Position numbers and translations under genes: made by a program | Notes under the pieces: generated by a model | What the model saw: only the letters and a program-made list of their open reading frames with translations | Told to the model about the DNA's origin: nothing | The model's database searches: none | IMG/VR virus record: IMGVR_UViG_2529292912_000006 | Coordinates: 1-37,252 of that record | Length of the DNA stretch: 37,252 bases | DNA from: a virus | Taxonomy: Duplodnaviria; Heunggongvirae; Uroviricota; Caudoviricetes | Reading direction: 5' to 3' (one strand) | Shown: piece by piece, positions 8,727 through 17,068 of the stretch | Numbering within the stretch: position 1 is the stretch's first letter | How the letters are laid out: each line of letters starts with the position of its first letter

Positions 8727-9311
8727 GTGGGTAAAGAACCTGAATGGAAAGTTGATAAACAACCAGCATGGCTGGTGGCAGCAATACGAAGAACGATTGC
8801 TGATTTACCTCATGGCTATGAGGAAGCAGCAGAAATTCTTGGTTTGTATAAATCTGATGATATCACCCCAGCAAAAGATCAATTGCATAACAGACTGCGT
8901 AGCGGTGGGGATCAAATTTTTCCACTTGAGTGGGCCATGGTTTTACAGGATGCCAGTGGTACCAGGCATGTAACAGATGCAATAGCCCGTCGTAGTAATG
9001 GGGTGTTTGTGCCGCTGGTGGTCATTGATGACATTGACAATGGTGACATTAATCAGCGGCTGATGGAGTCAATAGAATGGATTGGCAAGCATTCCCAGTA
9101 CTTACGCAAGGCAACTGCTGATGGAGTTATTGACCAGGCTGAGCGTGAGCAAATCGAAGAGAACAGCTACCAAGTAATGGCGAAGTGGCAGGAGCATTTA
9201 ACACTGTTATTTCGTGTTTTTTGTGCACCGGAAAAGAGTAACGCCCGCGAGTGTGCAGCTCCGGGCGTCGTGGCGTCGATTGCTTCTGGTTGTGGAGAAA
9301 CTAACGCATGA
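8727..9311 (+). CDS. CII-analogue regulatory protein (YdaT-like), GTG start
   Basis: In-frame GTG at 8727 preceded by GAGGA; position directly after Cro; family assignment is memory-based. Confidence 0.45.
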   Translation: MGKEPEWKVDKQPAWLVAAIRRTIADLPHGYEEAAEILGLYKSDDITPAKDQLHNRLRSGGDQIFPLEWAMVLQDASGTRHVTDAIARRSNGVFVPLVVIDDIDNGDINQRLMESIEWIGKHSQYLRKATADGVIDQAEREQIEENSYQVMAKWQEHLTLLFRVFCAPEKSNARECAAPGVVASIASGCGETNA

Positions 9312-9913
9312 ACAGTTTAACGGCAAATAACCGTTTGTCGCAACAGCTGGTGGTCAGCGTCGCTGAACACCTGTTGTTACGGCATGAATGCAGATTACCA
9401 AATCACCTGGCTGTAAGTAACCACAGAGAACTTTACCTGACTGTGGGGGGCGAGTTGTGCAGGAACTTAACCGCTGGTTTCGTGACGGAAGAGGGCTTTA
9501 TGTCCATGTTATTCGTTGGGAGCCAGAAACACAGCGCGTTATCTATCTTCGCAAAGACTACCCGCATGAGTGCTTTAGTCCTTTGTGGAAATTCAGGCGT
9601 GATTTTGTTGAGTGTGAAGGACCACCAGCACATTGATTCTGCCATTCCGGGACGTTACACTGTTCAGGCACCTTATAAAGCGGGTGCCGGGATTGGCGTC
9701 CTGAAATTGATTACTGAGCATAACCGCGCTCATGCGGTTTTTTCGTGTCATGAGCATTGCTACGCCCAAATTATGGTGGGGCGTACAGGGCCGACTTCGG
9801 TCGGGCCGGGTTCGGTAGTCTCCGGTAACGCCAACCCTGTACGTCTCACCACCTCTGTGATTGGCGTCCCATGTGGTGAGTTTTCTGAAAAACTGACTAC
9901 CGGGGCTGTCACC
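9308..9913 (+). other. Open frame upstream of the Rha domain with uncertain coding status (possible frameshifted or overlapping gene)
   Basis: ATGA-coupled start at 9308; translation is low-complexity and atypical; an alternative frame (9457-9636, GTG start) encodes a more protein-like 59-aa peptide; G6 run at 9445-9450 sits at the frame junction. Confidence 0.3.
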
Positions 9914-10471
9914 ATGACTACTCTCCCAACCCTCTCTCAACCTGAAATTGCCATCGTTGATGGTCAGGCTGTTACATCTTCTTTGGCTGTTGCTGACTTC
10001 TTCTCTAAACGTCATGACGATGTTCTGAAAAAGATCCGCATTTTGGATTGTTCTCCAGAGTTTTGTGCCCGCAATTTTGCGGAGACATCAATTTTGGTAC
10101 ACCAGCCCAACGGCGGTACTCGCAAACTTCCTTGCTACCACATCACCCGCGACGGCTTCGCGTTCCTGGCAATGGGCTTCACTGGCAAACGTGCTGCCCA
10201 GTTCAAAGAGGCATACATCAATGCCTTTAACCAGATGGAGAAACAGCTTTCAAAGCCCTCTGTACCGAGCGACGTTGCACATAACGCCAGCGTTCTCTAT
10301 TCCTACATTTCATCAATTCATCAGGTCTGGTTGCAGCAGCTTTATCCCATGCTGGAAAAAGCTGAATCACCGCTGGCTGTAAGTCTGTATGACCGAATTA
10401 ACGATGCGGCATTTCTTGCCCGTCTTATTCATTCGTCGCTGAACTCTTCAGAGGTAAGGGGGCGCAAATGA
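9914..10471 (+). CDS. Rha-family phage regulatory protein / antirepressor
   Basis: From ATG 9914 the protein begins directly with the Rha-type N-terminal domain (…EIAIVDGQAVTSSLAVADFFSKRHDDVLKKIR…YHITRDGFAFLAMGFTGKRAAQFKEAYINAFNQME…). Confidence 0.7.
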   Translation: MTTLPTLSQPEIAIVDGQAVTSSLAVADFFSKRHDDVLKKIRILDCSPEFCARNFAETSILVHQPNGGTRKLPCYHITRDGFAFLAMGFTGKRAAQFKEAYINAFNQMEKQLSKPSVPSDVAHNASVLYSYISSIHQVWLQQLYPMLEKAESPLAVSLYDRINDAAFLARLIHSSLNSSEVRGRK

Positions 10472-10692
10472 TCCGGAATATTTTCAAACGATTTACCAAT
10501 CAGACTTTCCGTTGTCCTCGCCCCGGTCAGTGGTACACCACGCCTGCAGGGCATGTTCTACGTGTTAGCCTGGTTGACCGTGAATGTCAGAAGGTGATTT
10601 GTGAACCGCTGGGCCGTAATTACCGCGTCAGTATGCCGCTTATAGCCTTTCGCTCCGGAAAAAACATGAAGCATCTCGGAGGTGCGGCATGA
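10468..10692 (+). CDS. Hypothetical small protein (74 aa)
   Basis: ATGA overlap with Rha stop and ATGA overlap into the replication gene. Confidence 0.4.
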   Translation: MIRNIFKRFTNQTFRCPRPGQWYTTPAGHVLRVSLVDRECQKVICEPLGRNYRVSMPLIAFRSGKNMKHLGGAA

Positions 10693-11681
10693 GCCTGTTA
10701 ATGACATCCCAGCCCATTGTGATAAATCGTGATCTTGCATGCCGTATTGGTCTGAATGAGGCAATTGTGTTGCAGCAGCTTCATTACTGGCTGAATGAAA
10801 CGAATTCAGGCACTGAGCATGGCGGAATTCGCTGGGTTTATAACACGACAGAACAGTGGCTGGAGCAGTTTCCGTTCTGGTCAGAGTCCACTCTGAAACG
10901 CACATTTGCAAGCCTGAAATCACTTGGGGTTTTGCGTCGCGAGCAACTCAATAAATCGAAGCGTGACATGACCAACTTCTACACGATCAACTATGAAAGT
11001 GAGCTTTTAGAAGAGGTCAAAGTGAACGAATCAATCAGGTCAAAATGCACTTCTCCATCGGGTCAAAGTGACCTGATGGATGGGCGCAAAATGACACGAT
11101 CCATTGGTTCAAAACGACACGCTGTCATCGGGTCAAAATGGCCCAATGATCTTACAGAGAATACAACAGAGATTACTACAGAGAATAAAACCTCTTCTCG
11201 TCCGGACGCTTCGCAACCGGACACGCAAACGGCTGAACAGGAGTTTTTAACTCGCCATCCTGATGCGGTTGTATTCAGCCCTAAAAAGCGCCAGTGGGGA
11301 ACGCAGGATGATTTGACCTGCGCACAGTGGCTCTGGAAAAAAATCATCGCCCTGTACGAGCAGGCCGCCGAATGTGACGGCGAGGTGGTTCGTCCCAAAG
11401 AACCGAACTGGACAGCCTGGGCAAACGAAATTCGCCTGATGTGTGTGCAGGATGGTCGTACCCACAAACAAATCTGCGAGATGTACAGCCGCGTCAGCCG
11501 CGATCCGTTCTGGTGCCGTAACGTGCTCAGCCCGTCGAAGTTGCGGGAAAAATGGGATGAGCTTTCCCTGCGCTTATCGCCGTCCGTCAGCACGCACACA
11601 GAAAAACGTGAAGACCCGTACTTCAAAGCCAGTTACGACAACGTGGACTACAGCCAGATCCCGGCAGGATTCAGGGGGTGA
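10689..11681 (+). CDS. Phage replication initiator (lambda O-like replisome organiser)
   Basis: N-terminal region typical of phage O-like replication proteins (…LACRIGLNEAIVLQQLHYWLNE…); iteron array lies inside the gene. Confidence 0.7.
   Translation: MSLLMTSQPIVINRDLACRIGLNEAIVLQQLHYWLNETNSGTEHGGIRWVYNTTEQWLEQFPFWSESTLKRTFASLKSLGVLRREQLNKSKRDMTNFYTINYESELLEEVKVNESIRSKCTSPSGQSDLMDGRKMTRSIGSKRHAVIGSKWPNDLTENTTEITTENKTSSRPDASQPDTQTAEQEFLTRHPDAVVFSPKKRQWGTQDDLTCAQWLWKKIIALYEQAAECDGEVVRPKEPNWTAWANEIRLMCVQDGRTHKQICEMYSRVSRDPFWCRNVLSPSKLREKWDELSLRLSPSVSTHTEKREDPYFKASYDNVDYSQIPAGFRG
11015..11140. repeat. Origin-like iteron array inside the replication gene
   Basis: Five to six copies of GGTCAAA(A/G)TG-type repeat at 11015, 11038, 11061, 11084 (degenerate), 11106 (degenerate) and 11131, about 23 bp apart. 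Confidence 0.55.
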
Positions 11682-11683
11682 TC

Positions 11684-11776
11684 ATGAGTCTGTTAAATGA
11701 CGTTCAGAAATTCATTGAAGCCCATCCGGGCTGTACTTCCGGAGACATTGCGGATGCTTTTTACGTGGGGGCTTAA
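11684..11776 (+). CDS. Small coupled ORF (30 aa)
   Basis: Begins 3 nt after the replication gene stop and ends in a TAATG overlap with the methyltransferase start. Confidence 0.3.
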   Translation: MSLLNDVQKFIEAHPGCTSGDIADAFYVGA

Positions 11777-12429
11777 TGAATAATAAATATTGCCAGGCGC
11801 TGGTAGAACTGCGGAACAAACCAGCCCATGAACTGAAGGAAGTGGGCGATCAGTGGCGCACGCCGGACAACATTTTCTGGGGAATTAACACCCTGTTTGG
11901 CCCGTTTGTTCTGGATCTGTTTACTGACGGTGATAACGCCAAATGTGCCGCGTATTACACGGCGGAAGATAACGCGCTGGCGCATGACTGGTCAGAACGT
12001 CTTGCGGAGCTTAAAGGTGCTGCCTTTGGTAATCCCCCATACAGCCGCGCCAGTCAGCATGAGGGGCAATACATCACCGGCATGCGTTACATCATGAAGC
12101 ATGCCAGTGCCATGCGTGATAAAGGCGGGCGCTATGTTTTCCTGATCAAAGCTGCCACCAGCGAAGTGTGGTGGCCGGAAGATGCAGATCATATTGCTTT
12201 TATTCGCGGGCGTATTGGTTTTGAACTGCCTGTCTGGTTTATCCCGAAAGACGAGAAGCAGGTGCCGACAGGCGCTTTCTTCGCTGGTGCTATTGCTGTT
12301 TTCGACAAGACCTGGAAGGGACCGGCAATCAGCTACATCGGGCGCGATGAACTTGAGGCATGTGGTGAGGCGTTTCTGGCGCAGGTTCGCCAGCAGGCGG
12401 AAAAACTGGTCAGGGAGATGGCGGCATGA
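11776..12429 (+). CDS. Phage N6-adenine DNA methyltransferase (Dam-like)
   Basis: Catalytic NPPY motif (…FGNPPYSR…) in a 217-aa protein in the nin-like region. Confidence 0.8.
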   Translation: MNNKYCQALVELRNKPAHELKEVGDQWRTPDNIFWGINTLFGPFVLDLFTDGDNAKCAAYYTAEDNALAHDWSERLAELKGAAFGNPPYSRASQHEGQYITGMRYIMKHASAMRDKGGRYVFLIKAATSEVWWPEDADHIAFIRGRIGFELPVWFIPKDEKQVPTGAFFAGAIAVFDKTWKGPAISYIGRDELEACGEAFLAQVRQQAEKLVREMAA

Positions 12430-12752
12430 CGACGTTAACTCAATGCCAGCAGCAGGTGCTGGATATGCTGATTTCTTATCAGAAAGAGCGTGGCTTTCCG
12501 CCAACCAATCAGGAGGTGGCAACCATGCTGGGATACCGTTCAGTGAATGCAGCGGTAGAGCATCTTCGCGCACTGGAGAAAAAAGGCGTCATCACGATAA
12601 AGCGTGGCGTGGCCCGGGGGATAACGCTTCATACCGCGGTGAAGGACGACGACAGCGAGGCGGTCGGGATTATCCGCTCACTGCTTGCCGGTGAGGAAAA
12701 CGCCAGGCTGCGTGCAGCCCACTGGTTACATGAGAGGGGCCTGAAAGTATGA
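12426..12752 (+). CDS. LexA N-terminal DNA-binding-domain protein lacking the S24 peptidase domain
   Basis: Residues 3-70 align by eye with the LexA winged-helix domain (LTxxQQxVxDxI…GxPPTxxExAxxLGxRSxNAAxEHLxALxKKGVIxI…RGIxL); protein ends at 108 aa with no Ser/Lys dyad region. Confidence 0.75.
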   Translation: MTTLTQCQQQVLDMLISYQKERGFPPTNQEVATMLGYRSVNAAVEHLRALEKKGVITIKRGVARGITLHTAVKDDDSEAVGIIRSLLAGEENARLRAAHWLHERGLKV

Positions 12753-13138
12753 AGCTGATTCTGCCTTTTCCGCCCAGCGTGAACACGTACTGGCGACACC
12801 CCAACAAAGGGGCGTTTGCTGGTAAGAGCCTGATAAGCGCGGCGGGGCGAAAATTCCAGAGCGCGGCGTGCGCAGCAATAGTTGAGCAGTTACGTCGTCT
12901 GCCGAAACCAACGTCGGCACCTGCTGCAGTGGAGATCGTGTTGTTTCCACCGGATAACCGGATCCGCGATCTGGACAACTATAACAAGGCGCTGTTTGAC
13001 GCCCTGACCCACGCGGGGGTGTGGGAAGACGACAGTCAGGTGAAAAGAATGCTGGTGGAGTGGGGACCGGTTATCCCGGAAGGGAAGGTCGAGATCACTA
13101 TCAGTAAGTACGAGAAAACGGCGGGTGCAGCCGCCTGA
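12749..13138 (+). CDS. rusA: RusA-family Holliday junction resolvase
   Basis: 129 aa; characteristic …FPPSVNTYWRH… N-terminus and …DLDNYNKALFDALT… acidic catalytic region. Confidence 0.85.
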   Translation: MKLILPFPPSVNTYWRHPNKGAFAGKSLISAAGRKFQSAACAAIVEQLRRLPKPTSAPAAVEIVLFPPDNRIRDLDNYNKALFDALTHAGVWEDDSQVKRMLVEWGPVIPEGKVEITISKYEKTAGAAA

Positions 13139-13157
13139 TCAAGAGGAGAAACGAAGT

Positions 13158-13955
13158 ATGAATAATCTGATGGTCATTGATGGTATTGAAGTTCGTCGTG
13201 ATGCTTATGGTCGTTACAGCCTGAACGATCTTCACAGGGCTGCCGGTTCTCTGGATAAGCATAAGCCTGCATTCTGGCTCCGCAATGAGCAAACTGAACG
13301 TTTAATAAGCGAGTTGCAGATTTGCAACTCGGTCAATATAGAGCCAGTTAACGTTATTCGTGGCGGAAATAACCAGGGGACGTATGTCTGCAAAGAACTG
13401 GTGTATGCCTATGCAATGTGGATCAGCCCGTCATTCCATCTGAAGGTGATCCGTACTTTCGATATGGTAACCAGCGCACCGGAAAAATTATCCGGGCAGG
13501 CTGCTGACAAGATGCAGGCTGGCGTGATTCTGCTGGACTTTATGCGCCGGGAGTTAAACCTGTCTAACTCATCTGTGCTTGGGGCCTGTCAGAAACTCCA
13601 GGAGGCTGTTGGCTTACCGAATCTGGCACCGCGCTATGCCATTGATGCTCCTGCTGACGCGCCTGATGGCTCAAGTCGCCCGACACTGTCACTGAGTGCA
13701 CTGCTGAAACAGTATGGTATCTGCCTGACGGCTAATCAGGCATATCACCAGATGGCGAAGCTGGGGATCGTTGAACAACGCGAACGATACAGCCGTACCG
13801 CGATTAACAACATCAAAAAATTCTGGTCGCTGACGGCGAAAGGCTGCATGTTCGGCAAGAACATCACCAGTCCTGCAAATCCGCGCGAGACGCAACCGCA
13901 TTTCTTCGAATCCCGATTCCCTGAACTGTTAAAGCTGCTCGATACCGTTCATTGA
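13158..13955 (+). CDS. KilA-N domain protein (antirepressor-like)
   Basis: SD GAGGAG before ATG 13158; N-terminal KilA-N-like region (…YSLNDLHRAAG…KPAFWLRNEQTERLISEL…). Confidence 0.65.
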   Translation: MNNLMVIDGIEVRRDAYGRYSLNDLHRAAGSLDKHKPAFWLRNEQTERLISELQICNSVNIEPVNVIRGGNNQGTYVCKELVYAYAMWISPSFHLKVIRTFDMVTSAPEKLSGQAADKMQAGVILLDFMRRELNLSNSSVLGACQKLQEAVGLPNLAPRYAIDAPADAPDGSSRPTLSLSALLKQYGICLTANQAYHQMAKLGIVEQRERYSRTAINNIKKFWSLTAKGCMFGKNITSPANPRETQPHFFESRFPELLKLLDTVH

Positions 13956-13956
13956 G

Positions 13957-14952
13957 GTGACCGTGAGAGCACTACTGACCCCTGAAATTGCCCCGCGTAT
14001 GGGGATCGTATTGTTCAGGCCCGGTTCAGAGCTGATGCCCCTGTTTATGCAGGGGCGTGTCCTGCTGGAGCCTGAGCCGGAACGTTATTCATCTTTCGCC
14101 AGTGGTGCCGTTCCGGCGGCATCACAACCGCTGGCGGATGATCCTGTCGTTCGGGCCGTGTTTCGCAATGAGGCAGTGATCCGTCGTGCTGGTGGCGTGG
14201 AATGCCTTGAAAGCTGGTTACTTCGTGAAAAGGGCTGTCAGTGGCCTCATTCCGACTGGCACAGCGAGAACATGACCACTATGCGACACGCGCCGGGCGC
14301 AATCCGTCTGTGCTGGCACTGCGATAACCAGCTGCGTGATCAGTTCACGGAACGGCTGGAGTCAATGGCAACGGATAACTGTGCCCGCTGGGTGTTGTCT
14401 GTCGTGCGTCGGGATCTCGGTTTTGATGACAGTCACGTTGTGACAATGCCGGAACTGTGCTGGTGGCTGGTTCGTAATGACCTGGCTGATGCCTTACCGG
14501 AAAGTGCAGCCCGTAAGGCACTGAGATTACCGAAGCCTGTTGTGCCGTCTGTTACCCGGGAAAGTGACCTTGTGCCTTCGGTTCCTGCCACCAGCATCAT
14601 CCAGGATAAAGCGAAAAAAGTGCTGGCGCTGGAAGTGGATCCGGAGTCGCCGGAGTCTTTTATGTTACGCCCAAAACGTCGCCGCTGGGTTAATGAAAAG
14701 TACACGCGCTGGGTTAAGACGCAGCCGTGTGCATGTTGTGGAAAGCCTGCTGATGATCCCCACCACCTGATAGGCCACGGTCAGGGTGGAATGGCTACAA
14801 AAGCGCATGATCTCTTTGTGTTGCCTTTGTGCAGAAAGCATCACGACGAGCTGCATGCGGATACCGTGGCATTTGAAGAGAAGTATGGCTCCCAGCTGGA
14901 GCTGATATTTCGTTTTATCGATCGTGCGCTGGCAATTGGCGTGCTGGCCTGA
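13957..14952 (+). CDS. DUF968-family phage protein (YdfU-like)
   Basis: C-terminal Cys/His cluster (…CACCGKPADDPHHLIGHGQGGMATKAHDLFVLPLCRKHHDELH…); start codon uncertain (GTG 13957, GTG 13963 or ATG 13999). Confidence 0.65.
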   Translation: MTVRALLTPEIAPRMGIVLFRPGSELMPLFMQGRVLLEPEPERYSSFASGAVPAASQPLADDPVVRAVFRNEAVIRRAGGVECLESWLLREKGCQWPHSDWHSENMTTMRHAPGAIRLCWHCDNQLRDQFTERLESMATDNCARWVLSVVRRDLGFDDSHVVTMPELCWWLVRNDLADALPESAARKALRLPKPVVPSVTRESDLVPSVPATSIIQDKAKKVLALEVDPESPESFMLRPKRRRWVNEKYTRWVKTQPCACCGKPADDPHHLIGHGQGGMATKAHDLFVLPLCRKHHDELHADTVAFEEKYGSQLELIFRFIDRALAIGVLA

Positions 14953-14970
14953 TTTTTGTGGGGTAAGTTG

Positions 14971-15315
14971 ATGCGTGATATGTATGAAGTATTGGACCGC
15001 TGGGGAGCATGGGCTGCAGCAGACAACAGTGGTGTGGACTGGCAGCCGGTAGCAGCAGGCTTCAAGGGGCTTTTACCTCATGGCAAAAAGTCACGGATTC
15101 AGTGTGATGATGACGAAGGCATTATGATAGACAGTTGTGTGGCTCGGTTGAGAAAGTATAAACCAGAGGAATATGAGCTCATCATAGCCCACTTTGTTAT
15201 TGGTATCTCATTACGCACTATTGCCAAAAGGAGAAGGTGCTCTGATGGCACTATTAGGAAGGAGTTGCAAACCGCAATCGGTTTTATAGAGGGGGTTGTA
15301 AGTATACTTGTGTAA
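14971..15315 (+). CDS. Late-gene antiterminator Q (QuuD-like)
   Basis: Small protein beginning MRDMYEVLDRWGAWAA… with a Cys-rich motif, at the expected place (end of nin region); ATG 14971 preferred over the TTG start of the track ORF. Confidence 0.75.
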   Translation: MRDMYEVLDRWGAWAAADNSGVDWQPVAAGFKGLLPHGKKSRIQCDDDEGIMIDSCVARLRKYKPEEYELIIAHFVIGISLRTIAKRRRCSDGTIRKELQTAIGFIEGVVSILV

Positions 15316-15322
15316 AATAATA

Positions 15323-15342
15323 AAAGGCGGTAGTACCGCCTT
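15323..15342 (-). terminator. Hairpin terminator ending the reverse-strand cassette (also just after Q)
   Basis: GGCGG…CCGCC hairpin at 15326-15340, followed on the minus strand by TTTTATTATTTT. Confidence 0.5.
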
Positions 15343-15955
15343 AATGATCGAATCGTTGTATGTTTTCATGGAATCTACAAAAGTGAATAGATATTTTGAA
15401 TAGTAAAATGTAGAAACCAACTTGACTTAAAGTTATGGCTTTGCATTTATCATTCAAGAGTTTTTGTAATTCTTCCGTTGGTAATTGGTATACATCATCA
15501 AGAAAAACGATGCATTCTTCTAAGTTGTCTGATTCAGGAAGATAAAAAATATTAGTAATTAACTGCTTCCTTATAGCATCAATTTTGCTATCTATTGAAG
15601 TCTTAGAAACTCCGTTGGAGAGAAGAATAGCTTCGAACTTAGATAAACTTACTAACGGAGCAAAGACTGCACGCATTGGCACATCACGATTATTACTTGT
15701 ATCTATATCGCAACTGTTGCTTAATATAATGCCTCGTGTTTTTTTAGTCCCTTTAATTGAATATACTGTAAGCTCCTTAAATATATCTCCCTGAAGTGCA
15801 GCATTTTTCAGATCATCATGATAATTGCTAAGGTAGTAGTTAGTGTTTTCAGGGAAATCTCTAAGTGCATTTATTAGCCCTTCTTTTTGATGAGCTGTTA
15901 AATAATATGGAATTTGATCTTTGAATTTCTCGATATCAAAAATGTTATTACTCAT
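15341..15955 (-). CDS. Cassette protein C (about 204 aa), unknown function
   Basis: AT-rich ORF; probable ATG at 15955 one codon after the track GTG start; immediately follows the stop of protein B; no motif I can assign. Confidence 0.6.
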   Translation of the reverse strand: MSNNIFDIEKFKDQIPYYLTAHQKEGLINALRDFPENTNYYLSNYHDDLKNAALQGDIFKELTVYSIKGTKKTRGIILSNSCDIDTSNNRDVPMRAVFAPLVSLSKFEAILLSNGVSKTSIDSKIDAIRKQLITNIFYLPESDNLEECIVFLDDVYQLPTEELQKLLNDKCKAITLSQVGFYILLFKISIHFCRFHENIQRFDH

Positions 15956-15958
15956 CAC

Positions 15959-16303
15959 TTAATCCAAGTATAAATCCCACAGTGAAGCATGAACGACTTT
16001 ATTTATTTCACTGCCTAAAGACACCTGGTTTGTCGATAATTTTTCATAAAAGTTTGTCATCGAGACTGCAAGTCTTTGATCAACTGAGATTGTGCTCCCT
16101 GCTTTATATGTTTGTGTGATGGAATGAACTGAATCGGTAGTTGAAGACTTATACTCCAAAGCGTGATTTTTGACGATTAAACTTTGTTGAGGACCATGCT
16201 GTTGATTTTGGGCAATGTCTGTTAATGCAGTTATATGCAGACCATATAAAACCAAAGTTAATACTTGAAGTTGAGCTCGATAAACATGATGAGACGGATA
16301 CAT
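15959..16303 (-). CDS. Cassette protein B (114 aa), unknown function, N-terminal hydrophobic segment
   Basis: GGTGG SD 6 nt before ATG; stop codon abuts the start of protein C; hydrophobic stretch LQVLTLVLYGLHITAL. Confidence 0.45.
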   Translation of the reverse strand: MYPSHHVYRAQLQVLTLVLYGLHITALTDIAQNQQHGPQQSLIVKNHALEYKSSTTDSVHSITQTYKAGSTISVDQRLAVSMTNFYEKLSTNQVSLGSEINKVVHASLWDLYLD

Positions 16304-16318
16304 ATCATACCACCATTT

Positions 16319-17068
16319 CTATTTGTAGGATGGTTCTAGTTCTTGAATTGTTGACTCTTTAAGGCAACTAAAGAAAGCTAATTTATTACAGGAGTGAAGA
16401 TCATCAAGAATTTTTTTTGGTTCGTTTTTAAACTTATCTATTTCATCAGTATTAGTGATTTGCCTAATGCTGTCTATGTCTAGGATTAGTCCTTTTTTAT
16501 TAAATTCTCCATTATCTGACATGACTAAAGCATGAGATAATATTTGAATTATATTTAGAAATGCGCCTTCATTTTTATCGATTCTGATATTGATCGGATA
16601 ATTAGACATAGACTCGCCAGCCATATTTAAGCTGACGTTTAGCTTATCAAATAAATTAGAATCGTCTTCTTTTGGGAAAAAATCTACATACTTTAATGAG
16701 TAGCGGATGATGTTGTCATTTAAATTTAATTTGTTAAGCTCATTTAATACATGAATGATTTTTTCTCTAAAATGACTCCACCCTTGATATTTGGTGCTGG
16801 TGGATACAACAACACCATGGTCACTTAGTCCAATATAGTACCCTTCGATTTCGAGGCGACTGACAACTGCGTAATGTAATTGTTCATCTCCCTCACGAAC
16901 ATTTTTAGGTATTTGACTGGGTGGTAAACTAATTACTGGTTTTGTACAACCTAGAGCGTGAAAAAGAAACCCTGGAACTATTTCCGATATTTGTGTTTCT
17001 TTAGAAAAACGCATTTCGAAAGCAGCTTCGATTACTGGTTGTTTTGATAGAGATGTTGGAATGAGCAT
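16319..17068 (-). CDS. Cassette protein A (249 aa), unknown function
   Basis: First gene of the AT-rich reverse cassette; N-terminus …PVIEAAFEMRF… reminiscent of an uncharacterised TIGR04255-type protein (memory-based, unverified); no catalytic motif recognised. Confidence 0.6.
   Translation of the reverse strand: MLIPTSLSKQPVIEAAFEMRFSKETQISEIVPGFLFHALGCTKPVISLPPSQIPKNVREGDEQLHYAVVSRLEIEGYYIGLSDHGVVVSTSTKYQGWSHFREKIIHVLNELNKLNLNDNIIRYSLKYVDFFPKEDDSNLFDKLNVSLNMAGESMSNYPINIRIDKNEGAFLNIIQILSHALVMSDNGEFNKKGLILDIDSIRQITNTDEIDKFKNEPKKILDDLHSCNKLAFFSCLKESTIQELEPSYK

Noticed and set aside
11063-11626. 187-aa minus-strand ORF inside the replication gene
   Set aside because: Antisense to a well-supported gene and overlapping the iteron array; translation is not protein-like.
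15341-17068. Shiga-toxin or other known Q-S junction cargo
   Set aside because: No StxA-like protein of about 315 aa or StxB-like protein of about 89 aa with signal peptides; no tRNA genes; none of the three proteins matches what I recall of these morons.
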